DNA of 64,000 bases from Octopus sinensis (taxonomy: Eukaryota), in contig NC_043010.1 in assembly GCF_006345805.1 (NCBI RefSeq), positions 56,110,001-56,174,000 of the forward strand, given 5' to 3'. Positions 1 through 14,328 of this stretch are shown here, piece by piece (the stretch's first letter is position 1; each line of letters begins with the position of its first letter). A model generated the notes under the pieces. The model was not told the origin of the DNA. It was given only the letters and a program-made list of their open reading frames with translations, and did not search any database. A program made the position numbers and the translations under genes.

Positions 1-81
1 AGAGAACGTAAGAGTAAATATACGTGATTTTCTTTAATCATCTCTTTCTCTCTCTCTCTCTCTCTCTGTATATATATACAT

Positions 82-138
<57 letters not shown>

Positions 139-574
139 TTGTATCTATGCACATGTGCGCGCATTTATATATATATGTGCACACATCTGCATGCACATAG
201 ATCCAAATATATATACACACACACACACACACAAACTCACACGTGTACCTATATAAGTATACACTTACTTTCCCCCACCAGCTCCTCTCTCGAAATTATA
301 TTCAGCTTTGATGAAGCTGACATATGAAGGAGAAGAAGAAGTGTTTTCAATTACTTGCCAGTGTTTACTTAAACCCACCGACATCTCAGTACACCTCCCC
401 ATCAGCCACCAGCCAACCTCATACAACACGTGATACCGTTTATCTCATACAATGGACGCTCATCACAACACTGCCAGCGACCTCTTGTGTTTATTTATTG
501 ATTTAGGGGATGTGTCGCTGCTTCTTAACTGCCACTGGATTGTATTTATTAGAGTCTACAACGCTACTGCTGCT

Positions 575-628
575 AATAATAATATTGATAATAACAACAA
601 CAATAATAATAATAATAATAATATGAAA

Positions 629-681
<53 letters not shown>

Positions 682-705
682 CATTATTATTATTATTATC
701 ATTAT
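575..705. repeat. (AAT)n followed by (ATT)n trinucleotide tracts in opposite orientation
   Basis: Read directly from sequence; accounts for the poly-N/poly-I ORFs at 452-946 and 503-900. Confidence 0.95.
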
Positions 706-1059
706 TAAAGAGGCGATAGATGGTAGAGTAGGTAGAGTACCAGGGTGGTGGATGGAAGAATCGGTGGAACATGGAATGTGTAAATTCTGTTCGTGTTTAT
801 TTACGTCTATTTGCGTTCTAAGTTCAAATCGTGCTGCTGTTGACGATGACTTCCATGAATCCAGGGCCGATAATATCAGCTCTGAGCCTAAATACATCAT
901 TACTTTTCCCCACTCCTATCGATACAGATGTGTCTGTGAGAAATGATGATGATGATGATGATTAATCTGTTGTAAAGGTCTTTAAGTCTTGATTGTGAAA
1001 AATCTCCAAATATATTTGACCATTCTGTGTTATAGCGGGGGAGGAGGTGCTGCTACAAT

Positions 1060-1330
1060 CATGTCTGGGATAAACTCTACAGATATGGCCATTTTTGGAA
1101 CCACCAGCAACTGATCCATTTTGAAGATGTATGCAGATGATGAAGTCTTCCTACAAAAAATAAACTATTGTCAACATATGGCTGATATAACGGAACTGCC
1201 ATTACGCGTTTGACGCATTTGGCTGTCAGATGAGGGAATCAGGACAATTAAAGCATTGCATTCTTTTGGCAAGAGCAGATCGTTTTCCTGTGTGTTGAGA
1301 CCACGGCCATAGAAGTGGTGTTGTGGACAC
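1060..1330 (-). mobile_element. Possible highly decayed RTE-like LINE 3' coding remnant
   Basis: Minus strand gives a frameshifted RQ.R..FRYISHML-like stretch resembling the post-RT R.L.F.GH motif of RTE elements. Weak similarity only. Confidence 0.3.
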
Positions 1331-1973
1331 AGTTAAAAGTCTTGAAAACAAATCATTTCCTCTTAAGCAAAGCTCTCATCGACTTCTGCAAGTATAATTT
1401 TAAGAGAAATGTAAGGGCAGAGAAAGACAGGGAGAGAGAGAGGGGAAGAAAGAGAGGGAGAGAGGGAGGTTGTCCTTCGTAAATTGTATGAAAACTGGGC
1501 GAGAGTAACGAAACTGGCGCAGTTAAATTGGTCCGTAACTCTAGGCCGGTGGCAAGACCCGAGAGAAGGCTTTTGATATGTCAGAGTAATGCAAGCCTGG
1601 GGATACCCCTTCCACCTGCCCATTATAAAGAATCGGTTGTGGCGTTGCTTATTGTTATTGTTGATTTTGCCCTTTTTACCCACTGTGAATCTCACATTTT
1701 AAAAATATTTCTTGCTTGTTTTGTCTCCGACATTTTGGGCCTACCACATTCCTCCTCCTCTTCATCATCATCATCATTTCAGAAATCAATAACGACAACA
1801 ACAACATCTGGAGTTTGAGATATCGCTGACCCAGTTTGAAGATTCATGTGAAAACGAAGGTTTGGGATCAAATCAGACCCGACACTTTGAGCTGCCTTCA
1901 TAACATTATAAAATTGACTTCTCACTCCATTCTCACCGTCTTCTTCAGGTTATACTCAAGTGATATTGGAAGT

Positions 1974-2323
1974 GATACTCAAAGGACACTGGAGACGATA
2001 CTCAAGGGACAATGGAGATGATACTCAAGGACACTCGAGATGTTACTCAAGTGGCATCTGAAACGATACTCAAATGACACTGGAGACGATGCTCAAAGAA
2101 TACTGATGAGACTCAAGAGATGCTGGAGATGATATTCAAACACACTCGAGATGATACTCGGAGATTACTCGAAATGTTACTCATGTGACATCCGAAGTAA
2201 TACTCAAGAGACAGTGGAGACGATGCTCAAATGACACAGGAGATGATATTCGAGTGAAACTCGAAACTATGCTCAAGTGAAACTCGAGACGATACTCAAG
2301 TGGCTCTGGAGATGATACTCTGA
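1974..2323. repeat. Degenerate 23-bp minisatellite (consensus ~GATACTCAAGNGACACTGGAGAY), about 15 units
   Basis: GATACTC-like starts at 1974, 1997, 2020, 2042, 2065, 2088; each unit has two related 11-12-bp halves. Confidence 0.85.
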
Positions 2324-4875
2324 TCTCTATATATCCACAACAATTCCGGCCATAATTAAGAATTACGTTGCCGGAATAAATAAAAGACTCTGAGATTTGT
2401 ACCCGGATAAACCGTTCCAACAGGGTGCTCCCGTCGAGACAAATATAAGAGATTCCCTGCAAACACTTTCAAGAATCGTTACATCAGATACTTCACTCGC
2501 TGAGTAAAAGAACGAGAAAAAAATCCACATATCCGAGCCAATTTATCTGGAAATCGGGTCACCAAGAACCAAGGCGTTCTCCAACAACAGGAAGTATGAT
2601 CTATTTGTATATTTCAACGGATTACAAAACTCCAGACTTTGTCTGAGTTAGCCCCAAAATTGAAGTATCCAGAGATATCCCTCAACCAATGATGTGACAG
2701 ACTGTTGATGTTATCGGGGAAGGTTTCTTCTGAGTGATTTCTAGACACCTGCCCCGCCCACTACCGGCCAACAGACAAATTCATAGGCATCGGACTCACT
2801 GAGTTGTCTTTTGCCAAACACACCACTGATTTGTGTAACTCACTTTACATCACAGTTGTGCAACCATTTTCGGCCTACAATATTTTTGACATCGCAACTC
2901 GTCTTGCTAGGCTTGGCTTCGATACTTCTCCGCCGATATACCATCACCCACAATCATTTATTTAATGTTGTTTGAACACTCATATTTGCTTTACCTGCGT
3001 CAATCCTGAGTATCAATTTATCAATTTTACTACATATAATGTTCTATTTTCGTTTGTGCATAATCGTATATGAACATTACATATCTATTCATTCATTAAT
3101 CCACACACACACACACACACACATATATGTACTTAATATACAGTAGACATTTTAAGTACAAATTATGTCTGTGCGTGTGTGTTTGTGTGTATATCAAGGC
3201 TTCTACAGAGGCGGTCTATGACAGAAAATAACAGATACTACCCCATATGTGTGTGTGCGCGCGCGCGCGTGTAGCTAGAAACGATGTGTAAAGATGCTGT
3301 GTTTCGGCTGACGTTGTCAAATATTTGAAATGTGCGCCATATTGAGTTTAAGAATGGTCGCCGCGGGAAATCGTTGTTTTGTTGTCAACAAGCAACGGAA
3401 TGAACTTCTAATTTCTGTTCAACATTCCAATCACTCAATATTCACTCGCTTCACTTTGTCCAATCATACAAAGTAATTAGCACAACTCTCCTTAAGCCAT
3501 TCAAATCTATTTTAACTGAAATCCTCTCCTCCTCCTCCTCCTCTACTTCTCCCCCTCTCGTTCTCTCCTGCTTCCATATCTCCATCTCTCCCCACCCACC
3601 CCACCAGATTCACCTTGTCATACACTCTTCCTATAACTCCTTTATTTCATACGCTTATACAACTTATTATTATTCTTTATGGTATTGGCATCATCATCAT
3701 TATCACCGTCGTCATCATCTCTTTTTATTTCTCCTTATCTTTTCATTATTCAACCTCCTCCTCCTTTCTGGTCCACATTTCTTATCCTCGGCTACTTCTC
3801 TACCTCACCTCCTCCTCCTTCGCCACACTTCTCACGTCGTAACCCAGCCTCCTCCTCCTCCATAAACATTCCTCCTCCTCCCTTTCATTTCATTTTTATG
3901 AAGATTGAAAATAGTATCCATTGAATTTCTCCACTCAAATAGAATGTAGAAGAGATTTAGGAAATATTGTTCACATGACACATCACAGTCTACAGCTCCA
4001 GACACACACACACACACACACACACACACCACACACACACACCACACACACACACACCACACACACGGAAGTTACGTATCCCAGCCGTACATGTTATAAG
4101 CATCGTCTCCCTTAAGAAAGAAGACACATTTCTTACATTGTACCTTAATAACACTGGATTGTCAAAGTTGTTTAGTGGTTTGATCATAGGTCTTACTGGT
4201 CATGGCTCGACCTTGGGCTAAACTGCACACACACACATACACACACATAGACAGATTCTCACATATTTGCATACACACACACACAAACATCTACAAACTT
4301 TTGCGCACACATACATACACCTGCATATACGCACAACTCAAATACACTGAAACTCTTGAAGGCGATGCCCCAGTATGGCCGCATTCCCGCCACTGACACC
4401 AATAAATGTAAGAAATTACATGGATCCCTCAGGGATCTGACACTTCCTCCCAAACCCCACCAACATGAGGCCATCCCTGGCTTATTTTATACGAGAAAAG
4501 GTGAACAATAGCGCCATCCACTGAATTTCTCACGACTACAATGACAACCAGGTGTTCCATTCTACAAACGAAGTTATGGAATTTCTCAACATACCTGCTG
4601 TGGTTGATACACAATTTTCAGATTCTAGGTGTTTACCTTAATCTATGTCACCAGTTTCTAGAAATAGCAAGCAAATCTCTCTCAAATTACACACCGCATT
4701 AAAAATGAAACGACTCTTAATGTAATGGTAGATATGAAATGTCTGAATAAAGATCGGAATAGTCACGGATGGAACGCACTTGAATAGGAGTTTTCTGAAT
4801 CAAGACCTTGCGAAGGGTGGGAAGGAGATAATAAAGACAGGAAGTTCGCGGGTGAAACATCTTTAATAATTATCA

Positions 4876-5335
4876 CTAGCGGGACCCGTGAATATTTCAC
4901 GGAATTAATGGTATAAACCTATTGAGTTGTTTCTGAAAACTTTACCCCCAAAACCTGAAAGCGTAACCTATGTTGTGTCTGTATGGAAAAGATAGTCGCT
5001 CATCTGTTATTCATTGGGAAGCGAAGGAAATTAGAATCCGATGATTACTTGATGTGCTTTCTATATACGCTTTATATATACGCTTTATATATACGCTTTC
5101 TATATACGCTTTATATATACGCTTTATATATACGCTTTATATATACGCTTTATATACTTTATGCACAATTTTATAGAATTAATACACAGCACTCATACAA
5201 TAAATATTCTTATTTTTCCATTTTCCCCATAAACAAACAAAAAAAACAACATCCCATGTATATGATACTGTCATTAGTGAAGTTTGAAATTGCATATCAC
5301 TGCCAGGTAAATAAGTGTGAATATTCCACGGAATT
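4876..5335 (-). mobile_element. Non-autonomous Helitron-like element (3' end at 4876; 5' end not defined)
   Basis: Perfect hairpin CCGTGAA-tat-TTCACGG (4886-4902) lies 6 nt before CTAG (4876-4879) followed by T on the minus strand, the canonical Helitron 3' signature. An internal minisatellite and a second GTGAATATTCCACGG copy lie near 5317. Confidence 0.5.
5061..5158. repeat. 13-bp minisatellite (TATATACGCTTTA) x7
   Basis: CGC recurs at 5068, 5081, 5094, 5107, 5120, 5133, 5146. Confidence 0.95.
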
Positions 5336-5454
5336 GCACTGATGCGCATACGTTAAGTGATAGGTGATGTAAAAAACTTCAATTTTTCACTATCCAATCA
5401 CCATTGCCACCACCACCACCACCACCTCCACCATCTCATCATCTCTCCCTCCTT

Positions 5455-5513
<59 letters not shown>

Positions 5514-6261
5514 TTTAACCTCATCTTAGGGAACGTCACCCCTCTGCTAAAATTATTACGTTCCCCCCAACCTCATGTCATGAACGCTTTTCTCTCCCTC
5601 TTTCTCTCTCTCTCTCTCTCTCTCTCTTCATTCCCCCTCTTTCTGTCTCACTCTTCGCTTTAACCTCTTTTTCACTCTTTTTTCTTTCTCTTTTTTTCCC
5701 TTCCACTAATCACGTGTAAGTATTACAATTACATACCCTCTACCTCATGTCAAGGACGCTTCTCCCTCCCACTTTTTCTCTCTCCCTCTTTTCTTTTTCC
5801 CTCTTTCTCTCTAATCACGTGAAAATGTTACTGGCGGGCTAAGAAACGCAATGACAAGCAGAATTATTTATAAGACTAGCTGGCTCGGCGCCATCAAAAA
5901 TGACGGCTAATTGTAGTATTTTATATAAAAATATGGATGGTAAATCAAATTAATGTTATCTGGTGGCTGTCTTTTCAGATGTGACATCGATCATCGTTTG
6001 TTACTGAAAGAACGCTGCTTCACACATTCAAACATTCACCTACTTCGCTTATACTTGCACCCACAAACACACTGATATACTCACACAGAGTTGAAACGCT
6101 CCCACTACCAGTTTGCCCTCACCCTTTCCTTCCTTATTCATCTTTCACCCCTTCCTTTCTCATTCATATGTTGTGACGGAGAAAAATACAAGAGTATTAT
6201 TATAGTAGAAGATAGGTTTACTAATTCAGAATTAACAGAAGCCAATACCAACAACAATAGT

Positions 6262-6345
<84 letters not shown>

Positions 6346-6432
6346 AAGAAATACATATTTTCATCATGGATATGTTCACCTTGTTCCAACCTCCGTACAT
6401 ATAGGTTCTACACATCTGTACATCCAGTGATA

Positions 6433-6471
<39 letters not shown>

Positions 6472-7989
6472 TCATCGGAAACTTATTAAGGCTTTGTGCT
6501 CGATAACCTCGGCCACAGATTGAATCTCCTTTTTCGAAGATATTGTGAAATGTTGGTTTTGGTGCAAGACGTCTCAGTTTCGAGCCCGACGTCATAGTGT
6601 AGAGAGGGGGGAACGGAGGGAGATAAATAGGTGGAGTCAGTATAAAATTGTTAAGGTTCGTCATACAGTGATAGATGGGTTATCACTTGTGTGTAGACCG
6701 TTCTTTCCCTTCCACCCGCCACCTGTCTGCTAAGGTGTGCAGACAACAGTCTGCTGGTAGCGGTTGGGTTCTTGTGAAACGCTGAATGGACTAATTGTGA
6801 AAATATAACAGAATACACCCCTCCCCACGTAGTCGTAGTAGTAATAAGGAAAAGAGAGGTGTGCGGTGTGTACGGTTGGCTGCTTCACAGATCACATGAT
6901 TGATGAGGTAACTAGCGGCTGAGTGGGCTAAAAAAGATACAGTGGCGCCACATACCAGCTGCGTAAGATGAGAGACTTCCATCATCGTCTATCATATAAT
7001 TCATTCCACCCAATCCGAAACACCACCGCCGCCACTACTACGAACAATAACTCGTGTTATTGTTACTAAAAGTCAGGACAGATCTGACTGAAGATAACTT
7101 TGGGTCAAACCTGTTCGAAGACGACATGTTGTGCTTTGAGGGAGATTTGGTCGTTATTACTAGCAGATCAAACAACCTCATAGACGTACGAACACTGGCT
7201 CGCACTCACCTTTTATCCTTTCCAACTCCCATTCTGGGCTGTAAATATTCAAAGTCAAGAACATTCGAGTTTTGCAATAATACAAGACTGTCTGGACACC
7301 CTTACAGGTACCTAAGAAAGTCCCACCACCACCTCCTCCTCTTACTTAGTGTGTACCTAATGTTAGAAGTCTTCCCTCCATATATTCGGTCGGTTTCACA
7401 TATGTAAAACAGCGTATTGCAAAATTTTAATCTACTGGAATTATCTAAGTAATCAGTTGACAAAAACTCCCTCTTAGGACATTTAAAATGTAATAACAGG
7501 GAAAGGAGCTAATTCTAGGAAGTTTAGTCGCTAAAAATATTTAAGCAATTTCGGCAATGTAGACGATCAATCAGCTGAACAACTTCATGACGGGCACGAA
7601 CTGAATAGATTTGGGGATCGATCCGGTACCGGGCAAGGATTCAGGATTATTTTTCCTTAATTTTTGAGAGCGGTCGGCTCCATTTTTAGTATTCTCGTTT
7701 GTGAGAGCAGTCGAGTTTATTTCAAACTAGCATTATGACCCGTCGTTGCCGGGTCATAGTGCTAGTGCATGTATATATGTGTATATATATATATATATGT
7801 GTACATATTACATGCTTGAGAAAACTTTCGTTTATGGAATGGAACACTACGTTGTCAATGTTAGCCGCCCTTCTTCTTCTTCTTCTTCTTCTTCTTCTTC
7901 TTCTTCTTCTTCTTCTGCTTCTTCTTCTTCTTCTAATTAAATATTGTTTTTTTCACCTCTCCACTGACTCACGTGCAAATAAAAAAAAA

Positions 7990-9214
7990 CCCAGCTGATT
8001 TCTTTGACTATGCAACCATCACCTCCATTGACATTGAAAAGGAAGGGGCAACAGCGGCCACATATGAAATGAGCTCAAACTCAGCAACCGGCCCCGATGG
8101 TATCCCAGCTATTCTCTTAAAGTCATGTAAACAAGAATTAGTGGGATCACTTCGGATATTCTTCCAGAGTCTCCTTGCAAGTGGTAATCTTCCCAAAAAG
8201 CTAAAAGAAGGCATCATATGCCCTATCCATAAAGGTGGAAGCAGAGCAGAGGCCAAAACCTACAGACCAATCTCTCTGATTTCACATATCAACAAAGTCA
8301 AGGAGCGAATCGTCAGAAAGAAACTGATTACATTCCTAGAAGAAAATAACTTGCTGAACGATACTCAGCGTGGTTTCCGTCCGGGCAGAAGCTGCCTCAC
8401 ACAGCTCTTACGGCATTATGACTGGGTCCTGAAGCAGCTTCTCGACCATTCAAATGTCGACGTGATATATCTTGACTTTGCAAAGGCCTTCGACAAAGTT
8501 GATCCTGGCATGATATGTCACAAGCTGAGAAACCTTGGTATGGCTGGTAAACTAGGAGAGTGGCTGCATGACTTCCTAAACGATAGAAGTCAGACAGTTG
8601 CATCCAATGGTGCACTCTCTGGGGAAACACAAATTTCGAATGCTGTCCCTCAAGGAACTGTCTTAGGGCCATTACTGTTTATAGTAGCCCTTTTAGACGT
8701 GCCTACAGTCACTCAGGCAGCCTCTGTCACTAGCTACGTCGATGATACGAAATTATCCCAGGCAATAAAGTATCCTAACGAGGTGGAAAACCTGCAGAAC
8801 GACCTAAAAGCAATACACAAGTGGGCAGAGCAAAACAATATGCAATTTAATGCTAAAACATTTCAAGCACTGCACTATAAGATCACAAATGCTCCACAAC
8901 CGGCATTTACAGGACCCGGAGGTACAGCAGTCCCAGAGTCACAAACAGTGAGAGACCTGGGCATCAGTATGTGTAATGAGGCCTCATTTCACATGCACGT
9001 TACCAATGCGGCAGCAAAGTGCAGACAACTGGCAGGATGGATACTAAGGACAAGAGACCAGGAAGTCCTGTGAACTCTATGGAAGACCTTTGTGCTCAGC
9101 CGCCGAGACTAATGCTCCCAGCTGTGGTCACGACACAGGGTCAAGCTAACCACGGAGCTTGAAGCAATCCAGCGTCACTACACTAAAAAGATTGCTACAG
9201 CCCAACAGATGAAC

Positions 9215-9256
<42 letters not shown>

Positions 9257-9620
9257 CTGAAAGAACTACGACTCTACTTCCAAGAGCGCAGATGTGAGAG
9301 ATATGTGATAATTTACATGTGGAAAATACTGGAAGGACTGGTACCCAATTATGTTATTTGAACGCTCGTACTGGACGCCACTGCACAGTACCGAAGGTAC
9401 CGTCCAAGGCATCTAATATAAGAACCAAATACTGCAATAGCCTAGGGTCCAGAGGCCCACAGGTCTTTAATGCTCGGCCAAAACAATTGAGAAACTTACA
9501 CGATATATATGTGAAAGTCTTCAAAAAGAAACTGGACGCTCTCCTATCCACAAGACGAACCAATGGCTCGACATGAGACACACTTGAGGACAGCAGTATC
9601 CAATTCCCTCATACATCAGA
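7990..9620 (+). mobile_element. 5'-truncated CR1/L2-group LINE: RT domain plus disrupted C-terminus
   Basis: ORF 7973-9073 has GPDGIP, YRPISLIS, QRGFRPGRS, YLDFAKAFDKV, VPQGTVLGPLLF and YVDD motifs. Downstream frames continue with WKILEGLVPN and YCNSLGSRGPQVFN, broken by stops and a (GA)n expansion. Confidence 0.93.
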
Positions 9621-9811
9621 TGGGCCATCGACAATTTTGATGGGATTACATTAGTAGGAGGAGAGTAACTATGGAAGGATTGTGGGGGAGGGTACAAAAA
9701 TAAAGAGTGAAAAAAAATGATGGTGGTGCTCCAGCATGACCACAGCTACCTGGCTGAAACACATAAAAGAATATATATATATACATACATACATATATAA
9801 TAGGGACATGA

Positions 9812-10040
9812 GTGTGTGTGTGTGTGGTAAGTAGCTTGTTTACCAACCACAGGGTTCAGGGTTCAGGGTTCTGGGTTCAGTACTCCCAACATCGCTTGAC
9901 GCCAATGTTGGTGTGTTTACGTCCCCGTAACGATAGAATAAGGGTTAGGCTTACAAAGAATCCTGGGGTCAATTTGTTCGACTAGAGGTGGTGCTGCATG
10001 GCTGCAGTTAAATTATTGAAACAAGTAAAAGAAAAAAATA
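9812..10040 (+). mobile_element. SINE family B copy, internally deleted
   Basis: Head TGTGTGGTAAGTAGCTTG joined to the 3' part (CATCGCTTGAC...GACTAGAGGTGGTGCTGCATGGCTGCAG...AAACAAGTAAAAG) shared with the 24061 and 27364 copies; GGGTTC(A/T) heptamer repeated. Confidence 0.85.
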
Positions 10041-10063
10041 AAGGTATATATATATATATATAT

Positions 10064-10103
<40 letters not shown>

Positions 10104-10329
10104 CTGGGTGTATGCATATATGCAAGTGTGAGTGTGTGTAGATGGAGAGAGAGAAAAACCAGTCATCCCACAGCCATTACACCCAAGCTAAAATGACTTG
10201 AGAGCCACCACCACCATCCCCACACCCACTGCATTGCCTAATTGTTTTTCTGTGTCATCTCAGCCATTTTGAGATGACACAGACTCCGTCTCAGCTTTGC
10301 CAACATTGGACCTACGGAACATTTAAAAG

Positions 10330-10690
10330 AGGACGACAGCGGCACTGGATTGCCGGTGCTCATTTCCCGAAGTACAATGGAGCAATGTGCAATGAAAGGA
10401 ATTGTCTAAGTGTATATCTTCCTTGGGATATTTTGTTCTGTAAAGAAGTGAGTTTGTTGGGGATGATTTTTACTGAAATATTCTAGGCAGACGCACATCT
10501 TACAACCGAAAATGCTCTTTTTCAATTTATTTCTAAGTTATTGCGGAGCATGGAGAGCATGTCCATAGTATATGCAGTCATTCGCTCTTTGGTGGTATTA
10601 ATGTGCTTGATGTCCATTCCGGTCAGGTTTAGACTAATGTCTACACAGGCAACTCAGTAAAGGCCACCCAGGGACCAAGTTATAGTACAT
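10330..10690 (-). mobile_element. Possible decayed RTE-like LINE 3' region
   Basis: Minus strand encodes YYGHALH, resembling the RL.YYGH motif of RTE ORFs; many stops. Confidence 0.35.
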
Positions 10691-11115
10691 ATCAAATATA
10701 TTAAACCCACCACCCGAAGATTTACAGTGTACAGAGACAGACAATTATAATGTGGTGTTAACACAGAGCAGTTAAACTGCAGAAAATATGAAATATATGA
10801 CAAAGAATTGTTTCGTAGAGTCTCTGAATATTCACAAATGGTAAAGTTTCTAAGTTACTGGGTCTAAAGAATGGTTATATGATAGGTCGGCGAGAATAGA
10901 TTTAGCCGAGGAGACAGCTGAAGCCATTTTCGAAATGAATCATGGATCACTTATTATAATTATGGAGTTGCTCTACTAATGGACAGCACTGTCTTTTTAG
11001 AAGAATAAACACACAGATATATATACACACAACACATATTTGGCAGTGTGTGTGTAGACACATACTTAAACATACAAGCACATGCATATTGATAAGCACA
11101 TATACACTTATGTAC

Positions 11116-11148
<33 letters not shown>

Positions 11149-13271
11149 CTATACATACATACATACATACATATATACATACATAAATACATAGACATAC
11201 ATGCTCACAAAGATATACATATATATATATATATATACACACACAAATACACACGCGGTGATATGTATTGATGTTTATGTTTATGTGTAGTCATATATAA
11301 AAATAGTGAAACATTAATTCAAGAATCCTTCAACATATATAAGTATTTCGCAAAATTTACGAAAGAACCGTTAGCAGTGACTTCGAAGTTCAATTCAATT
11401 GCCTCCTCCGCCGTCTTTGATAATCCTGATAAACTATGTCACCTCTCGTTTGCTGTCACTTCTTGAAATTCAGACGACAGTAAACTCTGTTTTTCCGTCT
11501 TACTAACACTTGCCTCGGTTGTCACTTGTTTTAACCACATACTACATCCCTGACATTAATATATTCCCCCCACCAACTACACTAATATATCCACCACTCC
11601 ATCCAATGCACAAAACACGAGTCACTGAGACTCGTGTTTTGTGTGTGCGTAGGAGAGTCGTTTATCTTTGCACTACAAGTGATCCTCTTCAGTTATATAT
11701 TGTTCATCGTTGATCAAAACTAATATCGATCAGATGTGTACGGCCACTCCTCTCGAGTGTCTCACAACAACAATTTCTGATTGAGACATCAATGATTCTG
11801 TTGTAGCTACTCCGACTACACGAAACGGTGATACTCTTTATATATATATATTTTTTTTTTTCAGTTTACAAATTTTCTAAGGGACACTTGATATACTCCC
11901 TGGAGAGAGTAGACAGTCATACAGACAAACACATTGTAAGCGCGCGCGCGCGTGTATGTCTGTGTATAAAAGAAAGAAAGAAAGAAAAGCTCCTATAGAA
12001 AATGATGAGATGGGAGTCTAAATGTAAAAAGAATTATAAGAAAAGCAGAAAAGGTAGGAAAAGGGAGGTTGCGTCTATTGATGTCGGCAATTAAGGTCCG
12101 CCCGACAAATAAGGTTATTCAATTTGACATCAGGGTATGTTAAAAGAGGAGACTAGAAATGAATTGCCTTTAGTGAAGATTGATTCAGTAGGAGTGCTCA
12201 AGTTGCCGCCATTGGACGAGCAGACGACACAGTATTAGGAAACGGTGTTGTATCTAACGGGCTGATTGTTAGGCACGGTGCAAAGAAGAAGAAGAAGCGG
12301 CGAAATGGCGAAGGTGGCAGCGACGTTTGTAGATGATTATAGAAAACTAATAAGAAAATAATATTCCTTCAATGCATTTTGTCAAAACACCTGTAGTTAA
12401 TAGTCTACTCACTTGTGTACACATATATATATATATGTGTGTGTGTGTAGTTATTATACAACTATATATACACCTGTTTACAATCCAATACGAACGTGTA
12501 TATATGCATATTTATAAGTATATATGTGTATTATGTATATGTGTGTGTGTGTACGCGTTTCATAGAGACAAACATACATGTGTCCGTAAAATACACAAGG
12601 GTCTATACACAACTATCACATGCGTACATGCACTTGTGCACTTATATACACAGTTACAGTGTGTATACAGCCTCGATGGTTAGAGAGTCGCTTGATGAAA
12701 CCAAATATCTAAAATGAATAGCTTAGACCCATTTCCTGTGGAGGACTGTAAGTGTTGTCCTAGTATCGTCTCCATATCAGTCTATACACACACATATACT
12801 AAATATGCTCTGGAATGTTGTGTGTCGAATATCAGCTGTCGTCCTTCTAGAACTCCTTAGTGGAATAGTCCACCGTGACATCCATTCTCAATAATGGAAT
12901 AATGATAAGGTAACACATGCAGATGATATCGAGTTTAAATATTATAGAAGATATGTAGCGATACAAAATGTAACTTATGACAGATCGATAAGGGTTAAAA
13001 TTGACAGGCACAACGGGTCAAAGGTTACAATCGCCTATATGTCCCCCAATAGTTCGTTGGTATCTATTTTATGGAACAATGAACGAAGGAAAAGTAAAGT
13101 TGACTTTCATGAGGTTGAAACCAGAAAGTAAAGGGATGTAACAAAATATCACACATCATTTCAGCCGATGCTCCACCGATTCTGCCAGTTCTACTCCATT
13201 CAAAGCTAACACTGTGTCTTCATTACTCGAATCTCATCCCTATCGCCTTTAAGTCAACCACAGCATCAATT

Positions 13272-13404
13272 ACAACCAATGACCCCGAAAAGATGAAAGG
13301 CAAAGTCGACCTCGGTGGGATTCGAACTCAGAATGTAAAAACGGACGAAATGCCGCTAAGCATTTCGTCCGGCGTGCTAACGATTCAGCCAGCTCGCTGC
13401 CTTA
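13272..13404 (-). mobile_element. tRNA-derived SINE family A copy
   Basis: Reverse complement of the GGCAGCGAGCTGGC..AATCGTTAGCACGCCGGACGAAATGCTTAGC...TTCTGAGTTCGAATCC head (A/B boxes) seen at 17438 and 30337. Confidence 0.9.
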
Positions 13405-14328
13405 TGTCTGATTGTAATATTAGTTTCCAATTTTGGCACAAGGCCAGCAATTTCTGGGGAGAGGTAAATATTTGACCAGTACTAGGCATCACTGTTCTCT
13501 CTACACTTTGATATATTCAGATGTTGCCATAATATCTCAAATATGGCAATCAGTATTGAGAGATGGAGCGTCTTTTGGATTCAGGCTGTGACATGAAGAC
13601 GATTTGTAAATTGTGAATGAAGTTTGTTTGACGGAAACTGTACGGAATCGTGTCAGTGGGACCATTCGTATTCTCAACTGGTAGATCTTGTTTGTTGGTT
13701 GGCTTAACACCACCGGATCCTTAGCAGATTCCACAAGTCCCAGACAAACTGTATAGACATTATTGCTAAAAATACGGCTCGTATAGACCCAAACCTGTGA
13801 GTTAGCGCACCAACATGACTGTAGTTAAACGTAGCAACAACCAATACACATCGTTACACTAAATTCATTGGTTTACATGATCAACATTTCCAGGAGAACC
13901 CAATTTCAACTTGTAATTAATAAACATTAATTAATCATTTTTCATCCTTATATCAACAAAACGGTGTATCTTGTTTTGACCTCCAAGAATGCCAGTCCTC
14001 TTTTCACAGCCAAACTTTTAAAATCTATCATAGACATTAGTTTGAAATATTCCTTCTGGCTTAACATTCCGAGTTCAAATTCCGCCGAGGTCGACTTTGC
14101 CTGTCATCCCTTCGAGGTACCAACCAGTTGAGTACTGAGGTTGATATAATCGACTTGCCCCTCCCTTCAAATCGCTAGCCTTGAGTCAAAATTTGAAGTC
14201 ATTATTTACGATCAACCATTCATTTAATTCTACCTGAAAATCAGAATTCCCCATAGGTTATCGTCAAACAGCAGATCCTCTCGCTTCCCACCAACGGACT
14301 CAGCAATACAGAAAGATAGCTAGATATG

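Noticed and set aside
1974-2323. CRISPR-like array
   Set aside because: No unique spacers, degenerate contiguous units, and a eukaryotic context.
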